Origin: Octopus bimaculoides
Lineage: Eukaryota
Assembly (NCBI RefSeq): GCF_001194135.2
Contig: NC_068987.1
Span: 72,676,517 to 72,726,673, forward strand
Length of the DNA stretch: 50,157 nt
Direction of reading: 5' to 3'
Shown: positions 35,423 through 49,434 of the stretch, piece by piece
Numbering within the stretch: position 1 is the stretch's first letter
Layout of the letters: each line of letters opens with the position of its first letter
Notes under the pieces: generated by a model
What the model was told of the DNA's origin: nothing
Databases searched by the model: none
The model's input: the letters and a program-made list of their open reading frames with translations, nothing else
Program-made: the position numbers and the translations under genes

Positions 35423-36267
35423 TGATCTTGCAGGCATGATGTAGATTCGATCCACCATAGCCAAACCTCAAGTAACAGTTCAAAAAAACTTTTCTCACAG
35501 TGGAACAATAGTTTTTCTGTGACAGCAGTTTTACATTTGCCAGATTGCCTTTAGCTAGGCCGAAATAATGTGTTCACCACTTGACCTTTCTAACCTCTTC
35601 TACTTCACCAAAAGCTAGAATTAAGATAACAATTACCACCAACGAAATCCATTGTTCTCAACGATATGTCTATTCTTCTGGATAGTTATAAAAACAAGAA
35701 CCCTCAAGCAAAAATCAGTTAGTCACTTGGTGACAACTCAGTTAGTGACAACTCGAGTTGGTGAGTTAGTGAAAACGGAGTCTGGCTGACCGGCTGAACA
35801 AAACGCCGTCTCTTTAGATAAGGGCACAAAAATGATAACTATGGTAACTCATCAACGAAGCAGTTGTTTCGCCGTACACTCTCTCACTCTCACTAGCTCA
35901 CTTTATTTTCTCTTACAGCATCACTCTATTTCTATCTGTAATTACTACTACACAGTGACGAGAACAAACACAAACTATACAAGGAAAATCGACGACATCT
36001 AACTTTACTTCGCATGCTCTAGGATTTTATCACCTGCCCGTCGAGGCAAGGTATATTCAATGTAACAGTAAATAAATATTTTCTTCACAACTTCAATCAC
36101 TGTTCTTTCACCTTTACATAATGGCAATCAACGAAGAACCAATCCTTACAAACTGATTACGACGCCGACATTCCATCCTACTGCGTATCAACTATCATTT
36201 ACCACACTATAGTTTTCCATATATCATTTATCATATTATTGTTTACAAAACAATTTCAACCGATACA
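35423..36267 (+). repeat. Solo LTR related to the 11094-11830 LTR
   Basis: Shared blocks GATTCGATCCAC, CCTTTAGCTAGGCCGAA, CCACTTGACC, CCCGTCG..AGTAAATAAAT; ends CCGATACA; TATAAA ~35686, AATAAA ~36070. TSD not seen. Confidence 0.6.
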
Positions 36268-36983
36268 AAATAATCTTAATCGTTCCAACTGGTGACCTTT
36301 ATCGTTATACAATTTAATTTCTGCCGTTACACATTTCCATGCATCGCTTACATATATATACATAATAGTTATCTTCTCGTTAAACGAGCATGACCATTGC
36401 TGACACGGTTTTAAGTCGAGTGCGGCTCGCTCAACACAACAAGGACTCTCACTAGCTGTACTAAGAAACTCAGAGACAAGCAAAGTGGAAGATATCCGGT
36501 TCAGTAGAGAAGCAGATTTTATGTACGGGTTAGCCTTCTCTTCTAGGGATGCTTTTAACGGAGACTAGGAGCTCCTCACTACTAGTCGGTTTATATATCT
36601 CCCTCGGACACCAACCCGAGTATTTCTATACCCTCTCGCTCATATGCTAGCAAACTAATAGTTAGGACCTTGTCAGTTGCTACTACTCTGGGCCAGAGTA
36701 GACCTGGGAACATCCTGAAAACTCTGAAACTCCTGAACCAGAGCCCCACTACTGGGTGCAGTTTAAAGTTATACCGAAGACTAACACCCNNNNNNNNNNC
36801 AAGCATATGTATATATAATAAGTATATGTATAAGTATATGCCTATACATGTATATGCATATATAAGTATGCATATATATGCGTGTATATATGTCTAAGTG
36901 TATGTATATATGTGTCTATGTATATTACTGTTTGTCGTGTAACGTAATTAACTTATATTTACCGTATTTTACGATTTATATAA

Positions 36984-37376
36984 GAAATTTAGGATCTTTT
37001 TTAAAACGGGGGCCACATTTTTCATTAATGTTTTACGTAGTGTTTTTGGTACCGAAAGACTTTCAAACTTCGTATACTTATCTATTTTGTGTTATAGAAC
37101 AGAAAAAATATTTTTGTATTCGAATTTATTTCATGTAAAAAATTGTCTTATTTCGATAATTTCAACCAATCACTGACAAGTATTCAGTTGTTTACATTTA
37201 CTCCTTTGGCTGATTAAACCATAGCTTCGTTTTATTTGCTTTTTTCATTTTCTTTTTTTTTTAAGAAGACTAAGAGAAAAAGATGTTTTATATGACACAT
37301 TCTACCAGTGTTCCAAGTTTCAAAGTGTTTCGTTAATGAAAAATGTGGCCCCCGTTTTAAAAAAGACCCGAAATTT
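36984..37376. mobile_element. Foldback/MITE-like element with ~34-bp perfect inverted repeats; partial copy at ~49785-50000
   Basis: TCTTTTTTAAAACGGGGGCCACATTTTTCATTAA (36995) and its reverse complement (37333); about 210 bp shared at high identity with 49790-50000. Confidence 0.7.
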
Positions 37377-37429
37377 ATATTTACGCTCGAACTTTGCGAA
37401 TGTTCTTGGATCGTTGTTTCCAGAAAATC

Positions 37430-37597
37430 CCGAAAATATTTTTCGCGGCACCCAAGGTATCTCTTACGGCATACCACTGTGCTGTGGCACACCACTGTGC
37501 TGTGGCACACCACTGTGCTGTGACACACCACTGTGCTGTGGCACACCACTGTGCTGTGGCACACCACTGTGCTGTGGCACACAGTTTGGCAGACACT
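37430..37597 (-). mobile_element. hAT-like terminus with six copies of an 18-bp subterminal repeat
   Basis: Minus strand CAGTGTCTGCCAAACTGTGTGCC resembles hAT/Charlie ends; unit ACACCACTGTGCTGTGGC x6 (37481-37582). Confidence 0.6.
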
Positions 37598-38812
37598 GGT
37601 GTAGACAATGAAGAGTCCGATAGGTTTTGACGAATTAATTTATATGTCGACACACAATCAGACAGTCACCGTTCCTTCTCATTTATATAACAACGCTTAT
37701 AATATCAATGGGAAAAGAATGAGCATCAGAAAATCTCGTCTGATTTTTCCTATAAATCTGCGCGCTTTCATACTTATGTAAGAAAATATTATTAACGTAG
37801 TTGTTATGTGTCAGCCATGTCACGTACTTTGTTATATTACCTGTTTTCATAGTGTCTTAGTTTACTTCCATAATTGTTAAGAATACACACACACACACAC
37901 ACACACCAGTACTTACATCCATGTAAAAACATAAATACAAATACAAGTATGCGTGAATGCATGTATGTCTGTGTATGTGTGTGTGTACATGAATGTATGT
38001 ATATATGTATGCATATATATGCATAATTGATTTAATAAAAAAATGCAGAAATGACATATATATGCATATATATATTTATATGTACGTATTTATGATTGTA
38101 CCTGTTTGTGTGTGTGTGCTTACTGAAAGGTTATCCACTCCTGCGTCAATTGCCTTAAAAAAGTAGGAAGGGTATTCTGAATAATGTACACTACACCTGA
38201 AGAAAGACGAGATGGTCATGCTTAGAACGTCTCCGATCACAGGACAGTTCAATCGAAATTTAACTGGGGCTTAAGAAACAGCAACAAACTTTCGGTCCAA
38301 TGCTGAGCTATTTTCATTCTCCACTTCCAGATTTTGGTCATATTAGTGGACTTGTCTTGCCAGCCTTTGCATCATATTTTGTTATTGTGTCTGTAATTTA
38401 TTCTTTAATCTTTAATCACTCACTGTAATCGTTTCTCCATCGATCAATAGTTATTTTATGCAAACAAAACGTTGATTTTCCGGAACCTTTCCAAAGTTTT
38501 CCTGGATAACTGATTTTTCTGAACCAGGGATGATTACTTCAGTCAACGCTAGATTTAACAAATACTAAATTTACTTAAATAATTGAATGAAGTACAGATA
38601 TCTGTATATTAATATAAATGATACAAGTTTATCCATATTGCACTGTGCAAGGTGCCAGTAAACTAGTCAGTCAACCGCGGTAGTTTGAAGTTTCTAGTCG
38701 TAAATTAGTGCAGATTATAAGAGGTCTCGGAACATCAGTGTCAGAAAAGTCAGTGTTGTCTCTGAAGAGCAAATACCGTTTATATAGTTTGATCATATTT
38801 AAGTGAGGGGAT

Positions 38813-39956
38813 TGTAAGAACGACCGTGCGAACCCAAAAGGAGAAATGGTGACGAATGGAAAAACAGGGCTACTTTATTAAACGCGTCACACGGTCGAAC
38901 ACAAAATATATCAAATGATATATATATGTTATACTTCGATAACATAGAGAATTCGTAAATGCCAGTAAGGAAGACGATAGGAACACAACCGTATGAGATG
39001 AATAACAGTAAGATTTATTGTAGCATTAAATTGTATGTCTGTGTGTGAGTGAATGCGACATAATGAAACACAATAAAAGACAGGCCGTCATGTAAAGAAA
39101 AGAGTGTGTAAGTAATACATGTATGGNNNNNNNNNNNNNNNNNNNNNNNNNNNNNNNNNNNNNNNNNNNNNNNNNNNNNNNNNNNNNNNNNNNNNNNNNN
39201 NNNNNNNNNNNNNNNNNNNNNNNNNNNNNNNNNNNNNNNNNNNNNNNNNNNNNNNNNNNNNNNNNNNNNNNNNNNNNNNNNNNNNNNNNNNNNNNNNNNN
39301 NNNNNNNNNNNNNNNNNNNNNNNNNNNNNNNNNNNNNNNNNNNNNNNNNNNNNNNNNNNNNNNNNNNNNNNNNNNNNNNNNNNNNNNNNNNNNNNNNNNN
39401 NNNNNNNNNNNNNNNNNNNNNNNNNNNNNNNNNNNNNNNNNNNNNNNNNNNNNNNNNNNNNNNNNNNNNNNNNNNNNNNNNNNNNNNNNNNNNNNNNNNN
39501 NNNNNNNNNNNNNNNNNNNNNNNNNNNNNNNNNNNNNNNNNNNNGTGGTCGTAGTGTCGTGTTGATGCTGGCGGCGATGCTGGTAGTCGTAGTGTCGTGT
39601 TGCTACTGGCGACATCGGGGGCGATGCTTGTAGTTCGTAGTTGTACGATGGTGTTGATGTCGTCGCTGGAAACTGGTTGCTGCTGTGTTGCGCGTGTGTG
39701 GTCAACGCCAGCCAGATCTAGGATCTGAGGCGCGACGATTTGGCGGGTATAATTTAGTCTATTTATAGCTGAAAGTAGGCTCCAGAGGAGCATTAGAAAA
39801 TCATCATCACGTGACCTTATTAGGGGCTGTGATTGGTCAGTTTGCGTTCTGGCGGGAACGGTACGAGATAATTTACCCGCGCAAAGAATAGTCAGTCATG
39901 TGATGGATACAGCAGGCTGTTCTCTACTACGCCCGAACTTGATTATATTTATAACA
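38813..39956 (-). repeat. Possible solo LTR spanning a gap
   Basis: TG...CA ends, minus-strand TATAAA (~39770) and AATAAA (~39015, ~38875); no TSD, PBS or PPT found. Confidence 0.3.
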
Positions 39957-41479
39957 GTGGGGAAGATGATTTATTTGTATATAATGGCGATAGAGGTTAG
40001 TTTCATTACAGGATGATATAAACGATATCGATGAGAGAAACAGTTCAGTGCCGTGGAACTCAACGGGAGAGGAGGGAAGTGACTTGTAGGTTCGGTGAAG
40101 CAAAGGTTTTTATAGTAGTGGGAAGAGAAACAGAGAGAAGAAACAATGCATATGTGCAATATTCATGGAGTTTGTTCAGTGGTGACAGAAAGAGTACGAT
40201 CGCAAGTAGAAGCGGCTGAAATTAAATTCTTTTGAAGATAGTTGGAGTAACGTTACTCGTTAGGGTACTCCTTAGCCCGGAGATCAGAGAGTTATTATTA
40301 CTGGTCGAACCACTTCTTTGCAATGAGAGGTCACAACTCAGGTACTATAGGTATGTGTTTAGCTTTAGGGATTAATACCTTATTCACTCGGCTATTTCTT
40401 TTCTGCATGCAAATATGTATGTATGTCATTGCTCAGTTTTATTTCAAGATTTCTTGCCAATAGAGAAAGAACCGGTTTCTTACCTAGATCCAAGGTTCCT
40501 TCATTGGAATTTCAACATCAACAACAGGGTATTTTTGTATGTATGTATGTATGTATGTATGTATGTATGTATGTATGTATATGCAGATTTGTATGTTTTA
40601 TGTATGCATTCTCATGCATATAGTTTCATATCTAGACATGCTCATATATATATTTAAATGATAAACTTCTGGAAAGTTTTACAGTTCCAGTGATGGATTG
40701 AATCTGAAGTCTTCGAATTAGCTTCCTTCTGTAGCATAAACTCGGGTGACATTCTTCTCTCCCATTTATTATATATACATGCATTCGAACGTAGCAGGAA
40801 ACAGCTAGCCTGTGGCCGCTATTTGGATCCCGTTGTGTCCACTACTCAGAATAGTTGGTATTGGCGGAAGTTGTCTCTTACTCTGTCGCGCCAACTTGCC
40901 GTGTATAACCAGTCGGAGGCCCTAAATAGGATCACATGGGACAACCTGTTTACCACACTTTTTGAGCCTGCAGCTCCTTATAAAAAGTCAGCTTTTCCTC
41001 TTTCCGAAGTCTTTGGTTCTAGACCTTTTAAGGTCTAGCCACTGACCACAAGACACAGCCAGTTCCAGCGACAACGCCAGCCAAACACCACCACACGTTG
41101 AGTCTTACCGACCTCGTCCAACAGCATTACGGCAACCCCCATCTTCATCGCCACCATCATGTCCTTAACGTCGTCAACATCACCTATCTTCGTACACAGC
41201 TCAGCAAGCAACTCACCCAGGTTCCAACAGTTCACTGTTCGTGAATTATCTCACCACGGATCAATAGGGAATATTGTAAACTCCTGTACGAGTGACCCAG
41301 GCAGCAGCATCACAGCCACGACTTCACGTACGACATGTACCTGTAACGGTTCAGCATCATGGCCACGACTTCTTCATACAGTATCTAATCTACCGCGTAC
41401 GATTGACTACGAACTGGTATTATCTTTCTTGCGTCTATGAACTTACTTCTCACTTCGATGGCTATAGACTCTTTCATTT

Positions 41480-43080
41480 TCTCCTTCTTCGTTACCGTCC
41501 TCTCTGAGTCCCAGTGTGACTTTCGACCCTCTCGAGGCACAATCTATGTGATCTTTTGTGCCTGTCAACTTCAGGAGAAGTGTCAGGAGCAACAACAGCT
41601 TGAAATGTTCATCTGGGATCTAAAGAAAGTCTTTGACAAGATACCCCGTCCTGCAATGTGGGCCGTCCTTATCCGGTTTGGATGTCCGGAGGACTTCATT
41701 GCTCTGGTCCGCTCCCTTCACGNNNNNNNNNNNNNNNNNNNNNNNNNNNNNNNNNNNNNNNNNNNNNNNNNNNNNNNNNNNNNNNNNNNNNNNNNNNNNN
41801 NNNNNNNNNNNNNNNNNNNNNNNNNNNNNNNNNNNNNNNNNNNNNNNNNNNNNNNNNNNNNNNNNNNNNNNNNNNNNNNNNNNNNNNNNNNNNNNNNNNN
41901 NNNNNNNNNNNNNNNNNNNNNNNNNNNNNNNNNNNNNNNNNNNNNNNNNNNNNNNNNNNNNNNNNNNNNNNNNNNNNNNNNNNNNNNNNNNNNNNNNNNN
42001 NNNNNNNNNNNNNNNNNNNNNNNNNNNNNNNNNNNNNNNNNNNNNNNNNNNNNNNNNNNNNNNNNNNNNNNNNNNNNNNNNNNNNNNNNNNNNNNNNNNN
42101 NNNNNNNNNNNNNNNNNNNNNNNNNNNNNNNNNNNNNNNNNNNNNNNNNNNNNNNNNNNNNNNNNNNNNNNNNNNNNNNNNNNNNNNNNNNNNNNNNNNN
42201 NNNNNNNNNNNNNNNNNNNNNNNNNNNNNNNNNNNNNNNNNNNNNNNNNNNNNNNNNNNNNNNNNNNNNNNNNNNNNNNNNNNNNNNNNNNNNNNNNNNN
42301 NNNNNNNNNNNNNNNNNNNNNNNNNGATTGGGGCGGCCCACTCCGCCTTCGGCCAACTCAGACAACGTGTATACTTTAATCACGCGCTAACCATCCGGAC
42401 AAAGATCATAGTATTCCGTGCCATTGTCTTGTAAACTCTACGCTTGTGTTGTACCGCAGTGACTTCAAGCGCCTTCAACATACAATGGGAAGATCACGTT
42501 ACCAACAACGAGGTTCTTCGCCGCGCCTCACTACCAAGTGTCGAAGCCACAATTCTTCGCCATCGTCTCCGCTGGGCAGGTCACGTCCAGCGTATGGAGC
42601 CCTCTCGTCTCCCAAGGATCATGCTCTGCGGAGAACTTGCAATCGGAACAAGACCCAGAGGAGGTTCGAAATTCCGTTTTAAACATCAACTCAAACGGAC
42701 CTTAGCTCAAGATAGAATCCAGCCATCCTCATGGGAACAGATTGCCATGGATAGGATAACCTGGAGGACTGCTATCCGCGATGGAGCCAGCTTCTTCGAG
42801 TAGAACAGACAACAGAATGCGGAGGCAAAACGCAGGAGAAGAAAGGAGCGTCTTCAACATCCTCGACCTGCACCGACAATCCCGTACAAGTTCTGCCCAC
42901 GACTCTTTCACCACCGACTTGGACTCCAAAGTCACTTTCGGAAGAAACATCAGCCGAGGAAACTGGACGGAAACTGACGAACCCAATGCTCGGATACGAG
43001 CTAGAGCCGACTACGGAGGAATGGGTGGTAGCAGTTTATACTAGGCTAGGCCAGACCTAGACTAGCCTATAGACGAACAA
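41480..43080 (+). mobile_element. RTE-clade LINE (BovB-like) RT and C-terminus, spanning a gap
   Basis: ESQCDFRPSRGT..QLQEKCQEQ..DLKKVFD; RHRLRWAGHVQRMEPSRLPRIMLCGEL..RPRGG; C-terminal C..F..RLGLQSH zinc-finger relic. Confidence 0.88.
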
Positions 43081-43135
43081 TTCGACTTAAGTCATGTCTC
43101 TTGGAACCAGTTAACGACTTAGGGTGAGGTATACC

Positions 43136-43172
<37 letters not shown>

Positions 43173-44153
43173 NNNNNNNNNNNNNNNNNNNNNNNNNNNN
43201 NNNNNNNNNNNNNNNNNNNNNNNNNNNNNNNNNNNNNNNNNNNNNNNNNNNNNNNNNNNNNNNNNNNNNNNNNNNNNNNNNNNNNNNNNNNNNNNNNNNN
43301 NNNNNNNNNNNNNNNNNNNNNNNNNNNNNNNNNNNNNNNNNNNNNNNNNNNNNNNNNNNNNNNNNNNNNNNNNNNNNNNNNNNNNNNNNNNNNNNNNNNN
43401 NNNNNNNNNNNNNNNNNNNNNNNNNNNNNNNNNNNNNNNNNNNNNNNNNNNNNNNNNNNNNNNNNNNNNNNNNNNNNNNNNNNNNNNNNNNNNNNNNNNN
43501 NNNNNNNNNNNNNNNNNNNNNNNNNNNNNNNNNNNNNNNNNNNNNNNNNNNNNNNNNNNNNNNNNNNNNNNNNNNNNNNNNNNNNNNNNNNNNNNNNNNN
43601 NNNNNNNNNNNNNNNNNNNNNNNNNNNNNNNNNNNNNNNNNNNNNNNNNNNNNNNNNNNNNNNNNNNNNNNNNNNNNNNNNNNNNNNNNNNNNNNNNNNN
43701 NNNNNNNNNNNNNNNNNNNNNNNNNNNNNNNNNNNNNNNNNNNNNNNNNNNNNNNNNNNNNNNNNNNNNNNNNNNNNNNNNNNNNNNNNNNNNNNNNNNN
43801 NNNNNNNNNNNNNNNNNNNNNNNNNNNNNNNNNNNNNNNNNNNNNNNNNNNNNNNNNNNNNNNNNNNNNNNNNNNNNNNNNNNNNNNNNNNNNNNNNNNN
43901 NNNNNNNNNNNNNNNNNNNNNNNNNNNNNNNNNNNNNNNNNNNNNNNNNNNNNNNNNNNNNNNNNNNNNNNNNNNNNNNNNNNNNNNNNNNNNNNNNNNT
44001 TATGACGGTAGGAATTAATTATTTAACAGTGGTGAATGGTAGTGGTAGTGGTTGCGGCGGCGATGACGGTTGTAGTTGTGAGTGGTTGTAGTTGTGATGG
44101 TGGTAGTGGAGGTGGTGGCAGTAGTAGTATTAGTAGTAGTGGTAGTGCAGGTG

Positions 44154-44185
<32 letters not shown>

Positions 44186-44336
44186 TATTGTTAAGTAACC
44201 CTGACCATCTCTGTGAGAACAAATCTATTGAATGGAGATCAATAACCGAATGTTGAAGGAGCAGCCATACTCTGTATTGTCTGTCATTCTATGTTCAGCC
44301 ATTTGTGGGTTTAACATTTTATTACATATACATATT

Positions 44337-44549
44337 CTTTTCTACTCTAGGCACAAGGCGCGAAATTTTGGGGGAGGGGGCCAGTCAATTAGATCGACCC
44401 AGTACGCAACTGGTACTTAATTTATCGACTCCGAAAGGATGAAAGGCAAAGTCGACCTCGGTGGAATTTGAACTCAGAACGCAAAAACAGACGAAATACC
44501 GCTGAGCATTTTGCCCGGCGTGCTAACGTTTCTGCCAACTCGCCGCCTT
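44337..44549 (-). mobile_element. tRNA-derived SINE family B, near full length
   Basis: Minus strand AAGGCGGCGAGTTGGCAGAAACGTTAG...GAGTTCAAATTCC; similar to 15457-15675. Confidence 0.85.
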
Positions 44550-44764
44550 ATTACATATACATTTTGCATATATTTTGCTACAGGTTGGATATCAGTGGAT
44601 ATGGTATGCAACTAGTTAGTTCTGAAAAGTGGAAACCAGGATTGTAGTGTTAGATAAGGAAAAGTGAGGAGACATCACGTTGGTAGCCTAGAAGCTAAAC
44701 GTATTGGTTAGTTTTGTATATCAGACTATGATTTTCATTTAGATGCAGCCTAAGAATATTGATT

Positions 44765-44967
44765 TCAAATTTTGGTACAAGGCTAGTAATTTCAGGGTAG
44801 GGGATACGTTGATTACATCGACCCCATTGTTCAATTGAGACTTATTTTATCGACTCCGAAAGGCAAAGTCGACTCCGGCAGTATTTGAACTCAGAAAGTA
44901 AAGACGGAAGAAATGCCGCTAAGCATTTTCCCCGGCGTGGTAACAATTCTACTAGCTTGCCGCCTTG
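44765..44967 (-). mobile_element. tRNA-derived SINE family B
   Basis: Same family, more diverged. Confidence 0.8.
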
Positions 44968-46237
44968 CAGTCTGAGGATACTAATAACTGTACTAGCAGC
45001 ACAGTCTTTGCTGTAATTTCAGTAGTAATCCACAGTGGAATACTGATACTATCCTTGAACTTTGTAGAGAGTCAGCAACTGTTCGGAGTTGAAGTATATT
45101 TTTTGGCTCTTAAGTGGAAAATCAATGTTTTAGAAGTATTTCAGGTGGTTATAGTCAGTGGGCTAGCTTGGGTTTTGGCCACCCTGTGCGGTAATCAATT
45201 GGGCCTCCATCTTCCTTAAACGTAACATACCTTCAACTACAGTAAATGTATTTATAAAACGTGGCCTCTTTGTGCGGTTTGCCTCTTACGCCATATAGTA
45301 TATGTTTACCTCATAAATTACGTGTTTTACTGTCAGAATAATCATATTTGTTAGCCGGAGACATTACGAATATTACCGCACAGTTTACGACCTCAGAAAA
45401 GCCAAGCCATTTTCACAAGGAACGAGAGTACGAGAGTACGATTGGTTGTGCCTATAGGGTACTGGCTTTCCAGTGGAATAGTTTGAGATTTGTATCTTGT
45501 CATTGATGTTGTGGTTGAGATACGAAACTACCCACAATCGAGTTTATCCAGGTCTTACTAGGTACCACAATATAATTTAGATGACTGCTACACTTCGCTC
45601 TCAGTGACGCTAGCAACGGAAACTAAAGATAATTGCCAGCCTTATGTTTCTTTTTTATTCGGAATAGGATTAAAAATAAAGCTTTTCCGCAGCAATTGTT
45701 GCAAATTATTTCAGTAGTTGCAGTATTGAAAGAGCTACACACAATTAAGTTATGTTTGTGAGCAATCATGCATTGGCTTCTATTTGAAGTTTTCTACATT
45801 CCTAATGTTTTGTGGAATGCAGAAGAAATATGTCAAACTCAACTGGTGCGGTCTAACATTCCTCTCCGCCTGTAATGTCGGTGGTCTATACAGGATGAGT
45901 TTAAGGTTAAATGATGGATCTTGCTCAGTATCGACCGTCAGTGTTTCAGTTATTTGATCTTATTTGATCGATTGAACCAATTATTGATTGTATTATTGTA
46001 TAACTGGCTGTGTATTTCACAGATTTTGGGGGCACCGTCTTGAAGGGTTTAGCCAAACAAATCGATCGACCCAAGTACTTATTTTTTAAGTTTGGTATCT
46101 ATAATCAATCTTTCATTGCCGAGCCACCAAGTTACAGGGAGGTAACTTTTTGCCGAACCGCTATGTTACAGGGACGTAAACGAACCAAAACTGGTTTTCA
46201 AGCGGTTGTGTGTGTGTGTGTGTGTGTGTAGGTGGGG

Positions 46238-46332
<95 letters not shown>

Positions 46333-46334
<2 letters not shown>

Positions 46335-46460
46335 GGGTGATTCAAATGTCACCATACATAGGAAAAATTTATTTTTTTATAAAAAGCAGTTAATTAAAAA
46401 AAATTGTTTCTTATAAAAAAATAAATTGTTCTTATGTATGGCGACTTTTGAATCAGCCCG
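46333..46460. mobile_element. Tc1/mariner MITE, 128 bp
   Basis: TA|CAGGGTGATTCAAATGTCACCATACATA ... TATGTATGGCGACTTTTGAATCAGCCCG|TA: 28-bp imperfect TIRs, TA flanks. Confidence 0.85.
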
Positions 46461-46717
46461 TATATATATATATATATATATATATACATACATATAACGG
46501 GTTTCATTCAGTTTCTGTCCACCAAATTTAATCACAAACCTTTCGTCAACCTGAGGCTATAGTAGAAGACACTCAAGGTACTATGGAGTTGGATTGAACC
46601 CGGAACCGTGTGGTTGGGAAGAAAAATTCTTACCACGCAGCCACGCCTGCGCAAGTATTCTTCAACTGTGAAATCTGTCTATACACCACCAACAAAACAA
46701 AGAAAAATCATATTCAA

Positions 46718-47247
46718 CCCTTCGTGGGCCAGCGGGGTTGGTATTACACAAAAGGCCATTGGGGTCTCCTTTTATTTTTGCGCATTTCCGTACTATCCAT
46801 AAAGTAATATTTGTTTAATCTTGTATATATATGTGAGTGCACGATACAGAACAAGAAATTTAGCACTTTTTAAAAATAGTTTTATAAACTATACATATAG
46901 TACTAAATAGAAAATAAGACAAAAAGAATAAAAGAAAAATGTATATAAATTTATACCAGTACAAATACGAAGAAAATTGACTTGTTGTTCATCAGAATAT
47001 CTGAAAAAAGAACAGAAAAAAATAATTTCACAGAAGGCCAATGGGGTCCAGTTGGACCCAAATGACCATATTTTATGTTATAACATCCTTATGACTGGAA
47101 ATGTTTAACTCAAAATTTGTATGTGCATACATAAACTATTGACAATAAAAGTCATGAGATATAAAATCATTTAAATAAATAATGTAAAAGTTGCATAACC
47201 TTTAAAATTTGCTGGGGCCCCAAGGAACCCTGCCGGCCCACAAAGGG
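46718..47247. mobile_element. piggyBac-type MITE, 530 bp
   Basis: TIR CCCTTCGTGGGCCAGCGGGGTT vs CCCTTTGTGGGCCGGCAGGGTT; flanks TCAA / TTAA. Confidence 0.8.
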
Positions 47248-47261
47248 TTAAGCATTGATTT

Positions 47262-47307
<46 letters not shown>

Positions 47308-48026
47308 AGGCTCCCAGTCAGTTATGAATGATGAATCACATTTGACATGTTTTATCAACAGAACTTCATTAAGCATACTACTAAGCATTAGAAATAGATA
47401 TAGTGTCAGTTTTAAATCCATGTAAACTTGATTCTTTTTGTTGCTTGCTAATCCTGCTGTGGAACATTATTGCAAGCAATAGGATGGTCTATTCACGTAT
47501 AATGAAAGAATTTCAGATAAATGACACGGATATTCGTGACGGGGTTTTGAAAAGGATTTTCATGATTGAAACAAGAACTCGGTGACATGTGTAAAGATAA
47601 GTTATTAATTCATCGCACTATTTGTAAATATTTCCTGAGACAAGGTACGATATTTCTGCCCTACCTCCCTCTCTCTCCTTTATTTTCTTTGTCACGCAAA
47701 CACTCATGTGTAGTGATGGTGGTGGTGGTGGTGGTGGTGGTGGAGTATATGTGTACATACACGTGTGTCTGATGAGTGTGTGTGTATGTGTGTGTATCTT
47801 ATTTTTTACTGGTTTCAGTCATTAGACTGTGGCCATGCTGGGGCGACGCCTTGAAGAATTTTAGTCGAATGAATCGACCCCAGTACTTATTTCATAGGTA
47901 TATGTAGTTATTCTATCGGTCTAATTAGTTGAACCGCTAAGTTACGGAAACATAAACAGACCAACACCGGTTGTGAAGTGGTTGTGGGACAAAAGACACA
48001 AAGACACATACACGTACGCGCGCGCG

Positions 48027-48066
<40 letters not shown>

Positions 48067-48659
48067 NNNNNNNNNNNNNNNNNNNNNNNNNNNNNNNNNN
48101 NNNNNNNNNNNNNNNNNNNNNNNNNNNNNNNNNNNNNNNNNNNNNNNNNNNNNNNNNNNNNNNNNNNNNNNNNNNNNNNNNNNNNNNNNNNNNNNNNNNN
48201 NNNNNNNNNNNNNNNNNNNNNNNNNNNNNNNNNNNNNNNNNNNNNNNNNNNNNNNNNNNNNNNNNNNNNNNNNNNNNNNNNNNNNNNNNNNNNNNNNNNN
48301 NNNNNNNNNNNNNNNNNNNNNNNNNNNNNNNNNNNNNNNNNNNNNNNNNNNNNNNNNNNNNNNNNNNNNNNNNNNNNNNNNNNNNNNNNNNNNNNNNNNN
48401 NNNNNNNNNNNNNNNNNNNNNNNNNNNNNNNNNNNNNNNNNNNNNNNNNNNNNNNNNNNNNNNNNNNNNNNNNNNNNNNNNNNNNNNNNNNNNNNNNNNN
48501 NNNNNNNNNNNNNNNNNNNNNNNNNNNNNNNNNNNNNNNNNNNNNNNNNNNNNNNNNNNNNNNNNNNNNNNNNNNNNNNNNNNNNNNNNNNNNNNNNNNN
48601 NNNNNNNNNNNNNNNNNNNNNNNNNNNNNNNNNNNNNNNNNNNNNNNNNNNNNNNNNNN

Positions 48660-49372
48660 AATTGGTTCTTTTCTATTGACAAATGCTGGCTGTTGTTGTC
48701 AGAGTTTCTTATGCATTTCATCCATTTGCTGACAGTACTTCTCCGCCGTAATGGTTTCGCCTGGATCCAAAAAGCTGTGATGGATGAGACCGGCCGCGGA
48801 CCATCAAACAGTCACCATGACCTTCTTTTGGTGCAACTTTGGCTTCGGGAAATGCCGCGGAGCTTCGTCGGCGTCCAACCACTGAGCTGAGTGTCACCAG
48901 TTGTCGCAAAGAATCCATTTTTCATCGCAAATTACAATCCGGTCGAGAAACGGGTCGTTCTTGTTGCGTAAAAGAAGGGAAGACGACACTTCAAAACGGT
49001 GTTTTCCTTTTGTTGTTCAATTAGTGCGGCACCCATTTATCAAGTACTTTTATTTTTCCACTCTTTCAAGTGGTTGGAAATTGTCGTATACGTTACGTCT
49101 AATTCAGAAGCAAGCTCTCGAACAGTTGTGCGTGGTTTGGCTTCGACTTAGGCTCTTAGTGGATCGTTGTCAACATCCGATGGCCGACCACTAAGCTTAC
49201 CATCTTCCAGATTCTCGACACCGCTACGAAATTTCTTGAACCACCATTGTGTTGTACGTTCATTAGTGGTTCCTGGACCAAACTCATTGTTGATATCGCG
49301 AGCTGTTTCAGCAGCTTTTCGGCCTAGTTTGAACTGGAATAAGAAAATTGTGTGAATTTCCTTTTTATTCAT
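48660..49372 (-). pseudogene. mariner transposase, decayed, truncated by a gap
   Basis: MNKKEIHTIFLFQFKLGRKAAETARDIN..WFKKFRSG..SGRPS; WVPH*L; IVICDEKW; KKVMVTV.WSAAG. Confidence 0.9.
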
Positions 49373-49434
49373 GTTGTATTCAACGTTCCGGAAAAAATGG
49401 CTTAATTATTCAAAAAGAAAAAAAAGCAGACTAT

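Noticed and set aside
37232-37653. ORFs with CHSTVV / CATAQW / HHCAVA repeats; possible CRISPR-like array
   Set aside because: An 18-bp tandem repeat without spacers at a hAT-like terminus; no cas genes and the DNA is eukaryotic.
40418-40530. Repeat with GAAACCGGTT palindrome (reverse relative at 35295-35395) as a possible hammerhead
   Set aside because: The core reads CCAAUGA rather than CUGANGA, and an alternative 9-bp hairpin (GAAGGAACC/GGTTCTTTC) explains the structure.
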